A program made the translations under genes and the position numbers. A stretch of 64,000 nucleotides of DNA from Trueperaceae bacterium. GTDB lineage: Bacteria > Deinococcota > Deinococci > Deinococcales > Trueperaceae. Shown piece by piece: positions 9,543 to 18,139 of the stretch (positions are counted from its first letter, which is position 1; each line of letters starts with the position of its first letter). The notes below the pieces were generated by a model, which had not been told where the DNA came from, did not search any database, and saw only the letters and a program-made list of their open reading frames with translations. The stretch is from contig OZ243956.1 in NCBI GenBank assembly GCA_965214405.1, positions 128,001 through 192,000 on the forward strand, given 5' to 3'.

Positions 9543-9944
9543 ATGGCTACAAAAAGTATGACAGGAAGTGCTTCAAATAGGCGGCAGAGGGAGCGGAAAG
9601 CTTCAAAAGTTTCTGTCAAAACCTCAGTTGGTGAACCGGGTAAGCGGACGCGCGTCCCCTCGCCCCAAGAGCTTGTCCTCTTAAAACTCCTTATTGCCGA
9701 CCCCGAGAAGTGGAGCTACGGGTACGAACTGTCTCAACTTCTTGCAGTTGAACATCCAACGGTGTACAACATCCTCATTCGCCTTCACAAGAACGGTTAC
9801 TTGGAAAGTCAGTGGAATATAGAGTCAGAAGGTAGACCCAGACATCAGTACAGACTTACTCCCCAAGGTGTCATGTACGCAGCTCAGCGGTTTGCCAATG
9901 CTCCTTTTGCAACAAGGGAAGAGGCTGAGCGCCTGATTGGCTAA
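9543..9944 (+). CDS. PadR-family transcriptional regulator
   Basis: 'SYGYELSQ..V.HPTVYNILIRL.K.GYLESQW..GRPRHQYRLT.QG'. Confidence 0.85.
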   Translation: MATKSMTGSASNRRQRERKASKVSVKTSVGEPGKRTRVPSPQELVLLKLLIADPEKWSYGYELSQLLAVEHPTVYNILIRLHKNGYLESQWNIESEGRPRHQYRLTPQGVMYAAQRFANAPFATREEAERLIG

Positions 9945-10083
9945 ACCTTGAAGGAAAATAGCGATGAAAGTTGCTGGTTTTTCTGTGAGAAATTGCAACC
10001 TTCCGTCCTCAATTTTAGGAGACAAAGCCTTTCGCGTAGGCCAAACATGCGCTTCTTTAGGTTCGCTGTGGGAAAATGGAAAA

Positions 10084-10377
10084 ATGGAAAAAACCCATCC
10101 CGACCCGCTCCCCCACGAACAGCGCCGCGCCCGCCGACCCTTGGGAGCGGAGAAGTTGCGGCGCTCTAAAGACCACCGCCTCGTTGCGGGCGTGCTAGGG
10201 GGTATCGCCGAGTTTGTGAACTCGAGCCCCGCTACGGTGCGCGTTATCTACCTTTTAACGGTGCTTTTCACAGGCGGGCTGATGCTCCTCTCTTACCCGC
10301 TTCTCTGGCTCTTGCTGCCGGGTCCCGAAACGCGTTCTTCACAAGAGGCTCGAGGAACGGACACGTCAGCGCCGTAG
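10084..10377 (+). CDS. PspC domain protein
   Basis: 'LRRSKDHRLVAGVLGGIAEF...VRV' plus a transmembrane segment; start moved to ATG 10084. Confidence 0.8.
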   Translation: MEKTHPDPLPHEQRRARRPLGAEKLRRSKDHRLVAGVLGGIAEFVNSSPATVRVIYLLTVLFTGGLMLLSYPLLWLLLPGPETRSSQEARGTDTSAP

Positions 10378-10431
10378 ACGCCACTTCTGTATACAGGTAG
10401 AGGTTTCACCGACTAACGATGTTGGGTTGGT

Positions 10432-11208
10432 TTAGCTCGTTTCCAGGACCTCGAGCGCATCCCCCACCCGGAGCGTTCCCCGCCCCTGGTGAAGGTAGTT
10501 GTGACCGAACCACACCTCGTTACCCACCTTGCGGTAACGCGCGAGCGTCTTTAGAGGCTCCTTGCTCGTCTCCGCCGTCGCCTGGTCTACCGTGACGAGC
10601 GCGCAGCGTACGCAGGGGCCGGTGCTGCAAAAGGTCACGGGGCCGATGCGAAACACTTTCCAGCGGTCCTCGGCAAAGGCGTCGCAGCCGCTGACGACGA
10701 GGTTAGGACGAAAGCGGTTCATGGGAACGGGCGCGTCCAAACGCCCGTTGAGGTCTGCCAGAGACGCCTCGGACACGAGGTGAAAGGGGCTGCCGTCGGC
10801 GAAGTTGAGGAGCGTATCGGGGTGATGATTCATGGGGCGTAGCGACGCGTCGGGCATGTAGACGAGGCGGTAAGAGCCTTTCAAAAAGGTGCTAAACCAG
10901 TCCGTCGCTTCCTCTAAAACTACGGCGGGAACGAGTTCACTCCATACATGGGCCGTAAGCCCCTCGACCTCGAGCGGCAGCTCGAGCGCGACCATGCCGG
11001 GCGCGGTGAGCTTCAAACAGTCCCCCAACGCCACCCCGACCTTGGCGAGCGCCGGGTGGGTGCGCTGCGTGACGAGCATCCCTGCATCGTCCACCACCAT
11101 CCAGCGGCGGTCAAACTGAGGGCCGCGCGTCACGACCTCCATCTCTTTAACGGAGATACCTGAGGCCGATTTGATGGGGTACACGTAAAGTTGACTTAGG
11201 ACCGGCAC
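10432..11208 (-). CDS. MOSC domain protein (YcbX/mARC-like)
   Basis: 'LYVYPIKS', 'DRRWMVVD', 'FADGSP', 'RFRPNLVV' and 'CVRC' motifs. Confidence 0.92.
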   Translation of the reverse strand: MPVLSQLYVYPIKSASGISVKEMEVVTRGPQFDRRWMVVDDAGMLVTQRTHPALAKVGVALGDCLKLTAPGMVALELPLEVEGLTAHVWSELVPAVVLEEATDWFSTFLKGSYRLVYMPDASLRPMNHHPDTLLNFADGSPFHLVSEASLADLNGRLDAPVPMNRFRPNLVVSGCDAFAEDRWKVFRIGPVTFCSTGPCVRCALVTVDQATAETSKEPLKTLARYRKVGNEVWFGHNYLHQGRGTLRVGDALEVLETS

Positions 11209-11248
11209 GGTTTACACCTCTCACTTAATGGCCTAACATTCTGGTCTT

Positions 11249-11878
11249 TCAAAGCTGCCGCCCCAGATAAAGGGCGTGCGGATCACCAGAGCCGACCCGC
11301 AGGAGTTCGGTAAAGCCGAGCTTTTTGTAAAAGCCCTCAGCTCGAGTGTTCGTAGAGCTCATCCCCAAATGCACCGCCGAAGAGCCACGTTCGCTCAGAG
11401 TGTCCAGCAGCGTGTGCATGAGCCGCGCGCCCTGCCCCCGGCCCTGGGCACGGGGCAGCAGGTCAATGTGCAGGTGAGACGGGTAAGGACGGAGCGCCGG
11501 GTAAAACGTCGCGTAGCCCGCCTCGAGCGGATGGTGCATGATGTGATAGAGCCGTTCAGTACGGCTCCAGCCCTCCGGGTCGCCCGCGGGGTCGGGAAGG
11601 TCTTGCTGGAGCCTGGGCAACCATTCGCTGAGCAGCGCTTGGTAAAAGGTTTTCGTATCAAACGCGCCCAGGATGTACCCGCAGACGCCCGCCTCGTCCT
11701 CCAACATGAACGCCAATTCAGGCTCGAGGGTCGCGTACGGCCCCGCGTAGAGGTGGCCCAGCGCCTTGGGGTCGTCATACAAGTGCGTGGCGTCCTCGCC
11801 CGAGTCGCCTGTTTTCAAGCAGATATCGTAAACGGCTTCCAAATCTCTGGGTTGATAGGGGCGAAGGGCAAAGCTCAC
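11249..11878 (-). CDS. GNAT acetyltransferase resembling the O-GlcNAcase pseudo-HAT domain (OgpAT-like)
   Basis: 'LRPYQPRDLEAVYDICLKTG', 'FMLEDEAGVCGYILG', 'PSHLHIDLLPRAQGRGQG', 'N.RA..FYKKLGF'; likely start is GTG 11878, not 12127. Confidence 0.85.
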   Translation of the reverse strand: MSFALRPYQPRDLEAVYDICLKTGDSGEDATHLYDDPKALGHLYAGPYATLEPELAFMLEDEAGVCGYILGAFDTKTFYQALLSEWLPRLQQDLPDPAGDPEGWSRTERLYHIMHHPLEAGYATFYPALRPYPSHLHIDLLPRAQGRGQGARLMHTLLDTLSERGSSAVHLGMSSTNTRAEGFYKKLGFTELLRVGSGDPHALYLGRQL

Positions 11879-12119
11879 CCTTCCTCCAGGGGCAAAAGCC
11901 GCCGGAGCCTGGCAACAAAGCCTGCAACGTGAGTTAGCGACGCCCTTTTGGACGTGCGGAAAGGACTGGGCGAAGGGCTCGAGCCCCGCCGCGCCGCATA
12001 GCCCATCATGGTGTTGAGGCCCACGCCTCCATGGAGGAGAGGAGCTCGAGGCACCTTTCAGCCGTCCAGGGTCTGCTGTAAAAGCCTTTGATGACGCCGT
12101 TGAGAGGGGGTGAGGACAT
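11875..12119 (-). pseudogene. Internally deleted, frameshifted GH84 O-GlcNAcase/beta-N-acetylglucosaminidase gene remnant
   Basis: From ATG 12119: MSSPPLNGVIKGFYSRPWTAERCLELLSSMEAW / frameshift / GLNT..., ending ...AGFVARLRRLLPLEEG* with its TGA overlapping the GNAT GTG. Confidence 0.75.
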
Positions 12120-12257
12120 AGCGTCAATATAACAAGACTCGAGGTTATCCAACCTAGATAGCGTTAGGACGCTAGCGCCTAAATGTTCTCTTTAGACGCA
12201 ACGATTTGAAAACACGATTGTGTTTTTGTGAGACGAACGCGCGCAATTCTCGCACAG
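12045..12257. repeat. About 213-bp imperfect direct repeat, copy 1 (GH84 5' end plus upstream region)
   Basis: Aligns by eye to 13114-13329 from CTCGAG through 'ttcagccgtccagggtctgc..aaaagcctt.gatgacgccgttgagagggg' to 'ctcgcacag'. Confidence 0.9.
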
Positions 12258-12370
12258 AGATATAGACAATTGGTCTGTCGGGACACCATTCTAGTAACGA
12301 AGTTTTGCGCTAAAACAGCATCACATATGATACTATAAACGATTATGGGGTCGTCGGATGTTGACGCATA

Positions 12371-12793
12371 ATGCGGGTGGTGTTCGACATAAACGTGCTG
12401 GTGGCAGGCTTGCGCTCCAAGCGAGGGCTCAGTTATCAGTTGCTCGCCAACCTGACGGCGCTGCCTATCGAACTATGCGTGTCCGTCGTGCTGGTGCTCG
12501 AGTACGAGGCCGTCCTGAAGCGCCCTGACATGGTGCCCCTCACCCACGCACAGATTGATACCTTCCTAGATTTCCTTTGCGCGCACACGCTGCACCCGGC
12601 CATCAACTACCTGTGGCGGCCCTTTTTGGATGACCCTAACGACGACATGCTCCTTGAACTCGCCGCCAACGCAGGCGCCACCATCGTCACTTACAACCTC
12701 AAGGACTTCAGGGGGAGCGAGACCTTAGGCGTCAACGTCATCGACCCCGCCGAATTGGTCCGCACGCTCGTCAAGAAAGGATGGACCCCGTGA
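12371..12793 (+). CDS. PIN-family toxin
   Basis: 'RVVFDINVLVAGLRS', 'LEYEAVL', 'DPNDDMLLELA', 'IVTYNLKDF'. Confidence 0.9.
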   Translation: MRVVFDINVLVAGLRSKRGLSYQLLANLTALPIELCVSVVLVLEYEAVLKRPDMVPLTHAQIDTFLDFLCAHTLHPAINYLWRPFLDDPNDDMLLELAANAGATIVTYNLKDFRGSETLGVNVIDPAELVRTLVKKGWTP

Positions 12794-13059
12794 GCAGTCT
12801 AAACCTACACCTGCCCGACTATCTCCACAACCATATCCGCGAGCTTGCCAAGCGCGAGGGCGTTTCGATCAATCAGCTCATCACCCTGGCGGTGGCCGAG
12901 AAGGTTTCGGCGCTGGACGCGGCGTCCTACTTGCAAGAGAGGGCGAGCCGGGCTGACGCGGACGCCTACCAAGAGGTATTGAGGGCCGTGCCGGATGTCC
13001 CGGCTGACGAACGTGACACCATACCTGAGGATTTACAGGGCTTATTTAGAAAGTTATAA
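12790..13059 (+). CDS. Ribbon-helix-helix antitoxin
   Basis: 'LNLHLPDYLHNHIRELAKREGVSINQLITLAVAEKVSAL'; GTGA overlap with the toxin gene. Confidence 0.85.
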   Translation: MSSLNLHLPDYLHNHIRELAKREGVSINQLITLAVAEKVSALDAASYLQERASRADADAYQEVLRAVPDVPADERDTIPEDLQGLFRKL

Positions 13060-13113
13060 GACTAGCCTTGCAAAACGCCGATGCTGATAAGGGAAATTAT
13101 GACCTGTGGGAGG

Positions 13114-13189
13114 CTCGAGGCGCTGTTCAGCCGTCCAGGGTCTGCCGGTAAAAGCCTTCGATGACGCCGTTGAGAGGGGTCGAGGACAT
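13114..13189 (-). pseudogene. Second GH84 5' fragment, truncated
   Basis: From ATG 13189: MSSTPLNGVIEGFY / one extra C / GRPWTAEQRLE; similarity stops at CTCGAG 13114-13119. Confidence 0.75.
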
Positions 13190-13329
13190 GGTTAGGTCAA
13201 TACACAGGACTCAAGGTTATCCGACCTCAATAAAGTTAGAACGCCAGCTCCTAGTCATTCTCCTTAAACGCAACAGTTTAAAAACACGGTTATGTCTTTG
13301 TGCGGCGAACGCGCGCGTCTCTCGCACAG
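13114..13329. repeat. About 216-bp imperfect direct repeat, copy 2
   Basis: Matches copy 1 at 12045-12257. Confidence 0.9.
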
Positions 13330-13367
13330 CAAAATCGCAGACTTGAAAGGCAACAGGTCTGCCCATG

Positions 13368-15734
13368 TCACTCGAATGTGAGCGTCTCCCGCACGGGCAG
13401 CTGCGTCGCTTGTCTGACGGGCCACCAGCACGCGAGCACGGTCAGTGCGGCAGCCAGCAATACCCATAGGCCGACAGCGGTAGGGACAACGACCGTGGGC
13501 ACCTCGACGTGTAACCCGTGCTCGCCGACCAGATACGCCGCCAGGGCGGTGAGCGGCAGGGAGAGGACACCCGCCAGGACCACGCTCACGGTTGCGACTG
13601 ATACGCCCTCGAGCAAGACCACACGCCTTACCGCGCCTCGACTTGCCCCCAGCGCCCGCATAACGCCGATTTCCCTGGTCCGCTCGAGCACGTTCAGGCT
13701 CATGCTCGTCGCCAGCCCGAGCCCGCCGACCAGGAGCGATACGACAGCGATAACGCTCAAAAGGATGAGCAGGATCAGAAAGTGATCGACCATCGAGCTG
13801 CGCAGCACCCTAAGGGTCATCAGAAAGCTTGGGAACCAGCCAGCGCTGATGATCTGCTCTTCTAAGGCGGTTGCGACCCGCGCCTCTTCCCCAGGAACCG
13901 TCCGGACGCGGAGCGCACCCGCGACCTCCTCCTGTCCGAGCAGCACCGTCATGGTTGCAGCGTTGGTATAGAACCCCGGTGGCGACACGTCATCCATCAC
14001 CCCCACGACCTCTACCGGCGTCGCGCGGCCTGCCACCACGAGATTCCGCCGCGCCCCTAGCTCCAGCCCCGGCTCCGCCGCCTGCAGGTTATGGCTCACC
14101 ACCACAGCCCCCTGTTCTTCGGGTTGAGGCCAGCGCCCCTCAGCAACAACGGGGTCAAAGAGTTTTGTGTCAGCGGAAGGGGCCAGCACGCTGTAGCGTC
14201 CTGTGCCGACGAGTTCTCCCGCGTCCTCGAGCCCGACCGTCGCTAGCACGTGGCCCCACGCCTCCGCCTCGACCACGCCGGGCACAGCCCTAGCTCTTTC
14301 CAGGAGCGGCTTGGTCGGGGCGAGCCCGAGGAGCCTAAGGTCGATGTCATCACTACGCGTCGCCAGAGAGGTGTCAACGGCTAGCAGGAGCCCCCGGTAA
14401 ACGTTCGCCGTCGTCATCAACATCGCCCCGCCCAGGGCGAGGGCGGCTAGGGTCAGGCCGGTCCGCCAAGGGCGGCGCAGGCTGTTGCGGAAGGCTAAGG
14501 TGAGGGTGCGGTCAGCGGGGATCAGGGAGAAGGACCGGACCCACGCTCGTCCCATATAAGGTCGTAGTCCGCTGTCCTGGACTGCTTCTCGCACGCTCCG
14601 CCGCGCTGCGCGGATCACCGGACCCGCCGCCGCAAACAGGGGCCAGCCGAGCCCGACGAGGGCGACCACGAGGAAAACCCAGGCGGGCACCGCGAAGCTG
14701 CTGACCCCTAAGTTGAGCTGCCCGGCGGCGAAGCCCGCAAAGGCGCGGGCGAGGAGTGCGCCAAGAGGCAGCCCCACGGCTACCGCGGTGGCGGCGATAA
14801 GGAAGACGAAGGCGAAGTAAAGGGCTACGATCTGCCCCGAGGCCGCCCCCACCGCTTTCATGACCCCGACCTGCCGTACCTGCCGGGCGAGCGTGCCCGC
14901 CATCAGGTTGGCGACCAGGGTGCCGCTAAAGACGAGCGTGGCCGCGCTGAAAAGCTGTAAGAGCAGGATCAACGTCGCCATGTGGTCGGCGTGGGGGTGT
15001 TCTCGCACCGGCACCTCGACCCGCCGGACCTCCCGACCTTGTTCGGTCAGCCAAGCCGTCAGCGTCGCCGCGAGGCGGGTGGCTTCCTCCCGGCCGCTCC
15101 CCTCGGGCAAGAGGACGCGCAGTTCGTCGAGCTGCGGCCCGGTGCCGAGCCGGGCGAGCGTTTCGGGCGTGACATAGATATAGCCCACGTTGTCCTGCCA
15201 ACCCGGAGCCACGCCGGGATCGTGGACGACGCCACTGATCTGCAGCTCGGTGACATCACCCCCCGGCACCCGCAACCGTAACGCCTTGCCGACGTCAACG
15301 TTAAGAACGGGAAGAGCCGAACGCTCCGCCAGGGCGCTCCCCGTCTCAGGAGGCCAAGCGCCGCGCTCAGACCGGAAGGTCGACACGCGTAAGTTGCCGA
15401 AGTCCGGCACGACGAAGACGAGCAGGGTGCGCCAGTCGCCCGGTGCCACCTCCGCGCGAGCCCGGACGACGCGGCGCGCCTCCGCCGCTTCTACGCCAGG
15501 TTGCTCCTCTACACGCGCTGCCAGAGTTTGGTCCGCCGACTCGAGCCACAGCACGATACTCGCTGGCTTTCCGCTCAGGAAGCTCGTTCCGATCTCGCGG
15601 TCGAGGACGACCTGCGCCGAGACCGCGGCCATGAGCGCGGCGGTGCTGACAGCAATAGCGAGGGCGACCAGAAGGGCGCGGACGGGGTTTTCCCGCACGT
15701 CACCCCAGACCTTGCGCAGCCGGGGCGACATCAC
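13368..15734 (-). CDS. MacB/FtsX-like ABC transporter permease (duplicated domain)
   Basis: Two FtsX repeats, 'RQVGVMKAVGA' and 'ERTREIGVMRALGAS'. Confidence 0.9.
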   Translation of the reverse strand: MMSPRLRKVWGDVRENPVRALLVALAIAVSTAALMAAVSAQVVLDREIGTSFLSGKPASIVLWLESADQTLAARVEEQPGVEAAEARRVVRARAEVAPGDWRTLLVFVVPDFGNLRVSTFRSERGAWPPETGSALAERSALPVLNVDVGKALRLRVPGGDVTELQISGVVHDPGVAPGWQDNVGYIYVTPETLARLGTGPQLDELRVLLPEGSGREEATRLAATLTAWLTEQGREVRRVEVPVREHPHADHMATLILLLQLFSAATLVFSGTLVANLMAGTLARQVRQVGVMKAVGAASGQIVALYFAFVFLIAATAVAVGLPLGALLARAFAGFAAGQLNLGVSSFAVPAWVFLVVALVGLGWPLFAAAGPVIRAARRSVREAVQDSGLRPYMGRAWVRSFSLIPADRTLTLAFRNSLRRPWRTGLTLAALALGGAMLMTTANVYRGLLLAVDTSLATRSDDIDLRLLGLAPTKPLLERARAVPGVVEAEAWGHVLATVGLEDAGELVGTGRYSVLAPSADTKLFDPVVAEGRWPQPEEQGAVVVSHNLQAAEPGLELGARRNLVVAGRATPVEVVGVMDDVSPPGFYTNAATMTVLLGQEEVAGALRVRTVPGEEARVATALEEQIISAGWFPSFLMTLRVLRSSMVDHFLILLILLSVIAVVSLLVGGLGLATSMSLNVLERTREIGVMRALGASRGAVRRVVLLEGVSVATVSVVLAGVLSLPLTALAAYLVGEHGLHVEVPTVVVPTAVGLWVLLAAALTVLACWWPVRQATQLPVRETLTFE

Positions 15735-16492
15735 CTCACCACCTGTGCGCTCGGCTGCCGAACGACGCGGCCGTCCTCGAGCCGGATGACGCGATCAGCT
15801 TGCCGCGCGATCGACTCGTCGTGGGTCACGACCACGAGCGTTTTGCCTTCGGCAACCAGCACGCCGAACAGCTCAAGGACCGCCCCGGCGGTCGCCGTGT
15901 CGAGGTTGCCTGTGGGCTCGTCGGCCACCAAGATAGGCGGGTCGTTGGCGAGGGCGCGGGCGACGGCCGCCCGCTGCTGCTGCCCGCCGGAGAGCGTGGC
16001 GGGCAGCTTCGCCCCCTGGTCGGCGATGCCGACCGCCTCGAGCAGGCCCTGCGCCCGCCTTTGGCGTTCTCGCCGGGGCACGACCTTGAGGAAGTCCATC
16101 GCCAGCAGGACGTTCTCGAGCACGGTGAGGGTCGGCAGGAGCTGGAAGAACTGGAACACCACCCCGACGTTGCAGCCCCGCCAGCGGGCGAGGGCGTCCT
16201 CGCCGAGGCCGCGCAGTGAGGTCCCGGCGACGGAGACCTCCCCCAAGGTCGGGCGGTCGAGCCCGGCAATGAGGTTGAGCAGTGTCGACTTGCCGCTGCC
16301 CGAACGCCCCAACACGGCGATCAGCTCGCCGGGCGCGACGGCCATACTGACCTCCTTCAAGGCGGTATAAATTTGGCCCGACGGGAGCTTGTAAGCTTTG
16401 GTCACGGCTGTGAGGTATAAGAGGGGCTCGAGGGGGGCGCCGAGGGCGTCGGTTATCACTTCGGGCTGCGCTTCTGTCTTGAGGTTAACCAC
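15731..16492 (-). CDS. LolD/MacB-like ABC ATPase
   Basis: GRSGSGKST, LSGGQQQR, ADEPTGNLD, VTHD. Confidence 0.95.
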   Translation of the reverse strand: MVNLKTEAQPEVITDALGAPLEPLLYLTAVTKAYKLPSGQIYTALKEVSMAVAPGELIAVLGRSGSGKSTLLNLIAGLDRPTLGEVSVAGTSLRGLGEDALARWRGCNVGVVFQFFQLLPTLTVLENVLLAMDFLKVVPRRERQRRAQGLLEAVGIADQGAKLPATLSGGQQQRAAVARALANDPPILVADEPTGNLDTATAGAVLELFGVLVAEGKTLVVVTHDESIARQADRVIRLEDGRVVRQPSAQVVR

Positions 16493-17081
16493 GCCCTACC
16501 TCGTGTTTGCCGGGGGTCCATCCCTGAACCCCCAAGTGCTGCTGAGCGAAGTTGTATGGGTCGGGCTCGAGCGCCGTCGCGAACGTATCGTTCCAGCGGT
16601 TGAGAAAGCCCATCAAGGCGACCGTACCGACGATGTCCACAATCTGTCCCTCGTTGAAGTGTTGCTTCAGGTCGTCGAAGTGCCCCGCGGTCACTGCGTT
16701 GGGCAAAACCGAGGCGTCGCGGGCGAGCCGCAACGCGGCACGTTCCGCTTCTGAAAAGCGGGCGTCCGTCTCGAAGTCCCAAGCGGCGGCGATCTTCGCC
16801 GGGTCAACCCCGGCAACCGAAGCCTGGCGCGCCCCGTGTGCTTGGCAGTAGCGGCAACCGGCGGCGGTGCTCGCGACCTGCACCACAAGCGTCCGCAGGG
16901 TGGGCTCAATACCACCTCGGATGACGGCGTGGGCGAGCCCTAAAAAACCGCGCACGAGTTCGGGGCGGTGCGCCATCGTGTAGACGGTGTTGGGGACGAA
17001 GCCGAACGAGGCGTAAGCCTGCTTCGCTAAAGGTTCAAGGTCGCCGAGTTGGCCCGGCGGAACGGGTTTGATATAGCTCAT
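16485..17081 (-). CDS. AhpD/carboxymuconolactone decarboxylase family protein
   Basis: 'FGFVPN..MAHRPE', CRYC..H motif, 'F.NRWND'; start ATG 17081 after GGGAGG. Confidence 0.85.
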   Translation of the reverse strand: MSYIKPVPPGQLGDLEPLAKQAYASFGFVPNTVYTMAHRPELVRGFLGLAHAVIRGGIEPTLRTLVVQVASTAAGCRYCQAHGARQASVAGVDPAKIAAAWDFETDARFSEAERAALRLARDASVLPNAVTAGHFDDLKQHFNEGQIVDIVGTVALMGFLNRWNDTFATALEPDPYNFAQQHLGVQGWTPGKHEVGRG

Positions 17082-17165
17082 GAAAACCTCCCAGAAGGAG
17101 CAGACGGTCGGTTTGTGCGCCAACCTCATCTGCCCCTTCTTTAGTTTTCTGCTATGCTGCGTGAA

Positions 17166-17846
17166 ATGGAGAAGAGCCCTTCACCCAGCCCGGCCCGCGA
17201 GGTCACCCACCCCGAGGCGACCCGGCTGCTCACCGACATGACCGGCCTGCGCTATTTAGAGCCCTTCTTCGGGCAACCCCGTACCGTGAGCGAGGCGGCG
17301 GCCCTGCTCGAGGTGAAACCCAACTCGCTCCTCTACCGGGTGCGCCGGTTCGTGGAGCTGGGTCTGCTCACGGTCGTGTCGGAGGAGGCTCGAGCGGGAC
17401 GCGCAGTCAAGCGGTACAAAACCTCCGCGGAGGCGTTTTTCATTCCCTTCGCGGCGACCGACGCCCTCACCCCGGAAGCGTGGCTGCTGCGTTGGGAGCG
17501 CGATCTCCAGGATCAGCTTGTGCAGAGCGCCCTGACGAACAGCGAGGAGCCGCCGAGCACGTGGGGGCTGAGGATCGGGCTCGGCCAAGACGGGCTACTC
17601 AATGTGTACCCGGCGTCGCAGGACGGGCGGCTGGTGATGTTCGGCTTGGAGGCCGACCGGGCCGCGACGCTGCTGGGCTGGAACACGGGGCTTTACCTCG
17701 ACTACCCGGCAGCCAAGGCGTTCCAGCGGGAGCTTCACGACTTAATCCAGAAATACTACCGCAGGGGCGGGGCTCAGCAGTACGTCCTGCGTGTAGCCCT
17801 GGCACCCCTGCCGAGGCAGACGGTGCCGCCGCTCTTCACAATTTGA
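17166..17846 (+). CDS. Winged-helix (ArsR-like) transcriptional regulator
   Basis: 'TVSEAAALLEVKPNSLLYRVRRFVELGLL..GRAVKRY'; extended -10 TGcTATGCT 7 nt before ATG 17166. Confidence 0.75.
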   Translation: MEKSPSPSPAREVTHPEATRLLTDMTGLRYLEPFFGQPRTVSEAAALLEVKPNSLLYRVRRFVELGLLTVVSEEARAGRAVKRYKTSAEAFFIPFAATDALTPEAWLLRWERDLQDQLVQSALTNSEEPPSTWGLRIGLGQDGLLNVYPASQDGRLVMFGLEADRAATLLGWNTGLYLDYPAAKAFQRELHDLIQKYYRRGGAQQYVLRVALAPLPRQTVPPLFTI

Positions 17847-18139
17847 GGAGTATGGAGTGAACGCCTCAGCACAGTGGCTTCACAACATCACGCCGTAGTG
17901 CTCGAGGAGGGCCGCGTACGCGGGGTATGTTACTGCCTTCGTGAAGTTATCAGCACATTGACTAAAATGACGCCTCTCAGCTTTTTGAGTTTCTACCCTG
18001 GATAAGAAGCGAAAGATTTAAGGTGCGCTAAAAGCCAAGGCGCAGAAGTTTCAAGTCGGACTACGGGCCTTCTCACGCATAAAGATGCGCCCTCACCAAA
18101 GAAAGCAACTTTAACGCTGGGATGACATCACGTATTACC

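Noticed and set aside
11879..12127. N-terminal 83 aa of ORF 11249..12127
   Set aside because: Off-frame read-through of the GH84 pseudogene; the GNAT domain starts at GTG 11878
17847..18139. Possible gene remnant (minus strand ..YAALLEHYGVML*)
   Set aside because: Too short to assign to any family
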